18,111 nt of DNA from a candidate division WOR-3 bacterium. Lineage in GTDB: Bacteria; Hydrothermota; Hydrothermia; JBDRYB01. Location of the stretch: assembly GCA_049969615.1 (NCBI GenBank), contig JBMFOM010000032.1:1-18111 (forward strand), given 5' to 3'. Each line of letters starts with the position of its first letter. The stretch's first letter is position 1. Shown here piece after piece: positions 16,590 through 18,111 of the stretch. The notes under the pieces were generated by a model that was given only the letters and a program-made list of their open reading frames with translations, searched no databases and had not been told where the DNA came from. The translations under genes and the position numbers were made by a program.

Positions 16590-17909
16590 CTATTGCTTGA
16601 CGAACCGGAGCGTCCTCGCGTCGCCGCCTGCCTCAAACCTTAGATAATAAATCCCCTGGGACAGTTCAGAGACAGGAAGGCTGAGCTCACTCTGGCCCGC
16701 GGAAAGGCTCTTCTGTAGCCCAGAGACCTGCCTGCCGGATAGGTCATAGATGCCAACCCTAGCGTCCGCGTCCTTGGTCAGTATGTATATGACCCTGATC
16801 TCATCCACTGCCACCGGGGATGCGAGCCTCACCCCGAAAATTGGGCCAGCGTTCCCTCGGGGGCTCTCGTCCACGACATCATAAAGGGGCTGTGGTGAAG
16901 CAAAGAAATAGGTTGTCGCTGTGAAGCTCTGGTTCGGGTTCAGATATATCGGCGTGCCATCATATCCCCACCAGTAGGCTACGGACGCGTCGGTTCCACC
17001 GACATTCCTGTTCTGAGCGGAGCAATCCAGCCACGCGTTGCACCACAGGCCGTTGCCAAATGGTTCGGAATAGTCTCCCCAGTAAGCATAGGAGAACCTG
17101 TCCGGCTTCGTGGGGGTCATGCCATATGAGGAATCGGATATGTTGCCGTATATGTAGCGGGTCCCGCCGCCATAGACCTCGGAGACGACATAGTACTTGA
17201 AGGGCGGGCTATTCCAGCCTTCCTCATCCTGGCGCCAGCCGTTCGTGGGGTCCCAGAAATACGCGCCGTCGTTGCCCGCAACATTTATGTCAAAGAAACC
17301 CCTTATGCCAAAGTTCCTCCCGGAGGCCGAGCGGTTGGTTATTATGACGGTGTAGCGTATCCGGCTGTCCTCATAGACTGTCCCGGTCATCTCTATCTCC
17401 TCGGTTATGTCCATGATGCCGGATATGCTCCAGGTTGTCCTGACGCCGGCGGTTCCATTGAAGTTCCCCTGGCCTGTCCTGTATGGGTAGGCGTCTTCCA
17501 GGGTGTAGCCTGGGGCTCCAGAGACCAGATCAAGCATAGGCCACTCAACGCAGTCTCCCCACACGTCCGTCTCGCAACACTCGTTGTAGCCCAGGATGTA
17601 TTCCCTCGCGCCAGTGTAGTCACGGACTGTGGTGTAGCTCCACCAGGGAGCATCGTAGCCGGAGCTGGGCGGGACATAGAACAGGATGTTCAAGTCATTT
17701 CCCCATGGGTGGCCAGCGTTGGTCAGGAAGCTGTAGGTTCCTGGCCCCTGGCAATCCACCTCGTCCGCGATTATACCCTCATACCAAGTATTAATCGCAG
17801 ATATGCTTTGGACAGAGGCTTCTGGTTTCAGGCTGGTTCCGTGGCCGTGTAGATAGTCATACTTTGTCGCGCCACCGGCCATAATGGCGCAGGTTATCAG
17901 GGTGATCAT
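16590..17909 (-). CDS. Secreted protein with T9SS type-A-like C-terminal domain
   Basis: GGAGGTG SD before ATG 17909; short hydrophobic N-terminus; Tyr/Trp/Gly/Asp-rich body; C-terminal IYDLSGRQV...LSQGIYYLRF...RFVKQ. Confidence 0.82.
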   Translation of the reverse strand: MITLITCAIMAGGATKYDYLHGHGTSLKPEASVQSISAINTWYEGIIADEVDCQGPGTYSFLTNAGHPWGNDLNILFYVPPSSGYDAPWWSYTTVRDYTGAREYILGYNECCETDVWGDCVEWPMLDLVSGAPGYTLEDAYPYRTGQGNFNGTAGVRTTWSISGIMDITEEIEMTGTVYEDSRIRYTVIITNRSASGRNFGIRGFFDINVAGNDGAYFWDPTNGWRQDEEGWNSPPFKYYVVSEVYGGGTRYIYGNISDSSYGMTPTKPDRFSYAYWGDYSEPFGNGLWCNAWLDCSAQNRNVGGTDASVAYWWGYDGTPIYLNPNQSFTATTYFFASPQPLYDVVDESPRGNAGPIFGVRLASPVAVDEIRVIYILTKDADARVGIYDLSGRQVSGLQKSLSAGQSELSLPVSELSQGIYYLRFEAGGDARTLRFVKQ

Positions 17910-17984
17910 CTTATCACACCTCCCTTTCTAGTTTGAGATGATAAAGTAAAACACCACCTGTACATCCAGTCATATATTATAACT

Positions 17985-18013
17985 ATTATAACCGATTTGT
18001 CACGGCCGATCAA
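17985..18013 (-). promoter_or_regulatory. Sigma70-type promoter TTGATC-N17-TATAAT
   Basis: Minus strand reads TTGATC GGCCGTGACAAATCGGT TATAAT; a second TATAAT follows at 17981-17976. Confidence 0.7.
17999..18013. repeat. 15-bp dispersed direct repeat GTCACGGCCGATCAA, copy 2 (copy 1 at 4918-4932)
   Basis: Exact match read directly from the sequence. Confidence 0.85.
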
Positions 18014-18052
18014 GGTCCCCGCGTTCCTCACCCGACCCACTTTCAACCCCTC

Positions 18053-18108
18053 CTAAGTCCTTGTCCATCAAGGAGTTCGGAGAAAGTTCCGATGGCTCTA
18101 GGACTTAG
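18053..18108. repeat. Nested inverted repeat / stem-loop
   Basis: CTAAGTCCT (18053-18061) pairs with AGGACTTAG (18100-18108); inner CCATC/GATGG. Confidence 0.55.
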
Positions 18109-18111
18109 CGA

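Noticed and set aside
121..17677. Many antisense or alternate-frame ORFs (e.g. 364..744, 1615..2073, 8847..9413, 9209..9769, 11325..11756, 14938..15435)
   Set aside because: They overlap well-supported genes, carry no recognisable motifs, and are expected shadow ORFs in GC-rich DNA.
18078..18098. GGAGAAAGTTCCG as the RNase P RNA GAGGAAAGTCC motif
   Set aside because: Imperfect match with no supporting helices visible in the window.

Overview
Gene-dense bacterial chromosomal window. Three secreted proteins carry T9SS-type/FlgD-Ig C-terminal domains and there is an outer-membrane beta-barrel, so the host is a diderm; a WOR-3-like or other FCB-adjacent lineage is my unconfirmed inference. Minus strand, 181-9738: tgt, a YegS/DAGK-family lipid kinase, an orphan V/A-ATPase G/H-like stalk protein, a MenG/UbiE methyltransferase, an FG-GAP/ASPIC secreted protein, an HhH-GPD glycosylase, an MFS transporter, a TPR protein, a lipoprotein, prfB with its programmed +1 frameshift, and a zinc-ribbon membrane protein. 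Plus strand, 10077-16531: an Asp-box secreted protein, a hypothetical exported protein, a Gfo/Idh/MocA oxidoreductase, an internally deleted IS1634-type transposase remnant, a type I-beta DAHP synthase, a beta-barrel and a GT4 glycosyltransferase. A third CTD-bearing secreted protein (16590-17909, minus) converges on these. I found no rRNA, tRNA, CRISPR array or recognisable defence system, and no clear new multi-gene system. The most unusual signals are regulatory or translational: a shared TTGATC promoter ahead of all three CTD genes (two share an identical 15-mer), very short signal peptides with no basic n-region, near-leaderless GUG/UUG starts, an apparent ACG start for the GT4 gene, and a TGT with an altered base-binding pocket. 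All calls are by eye; no database searches were run.
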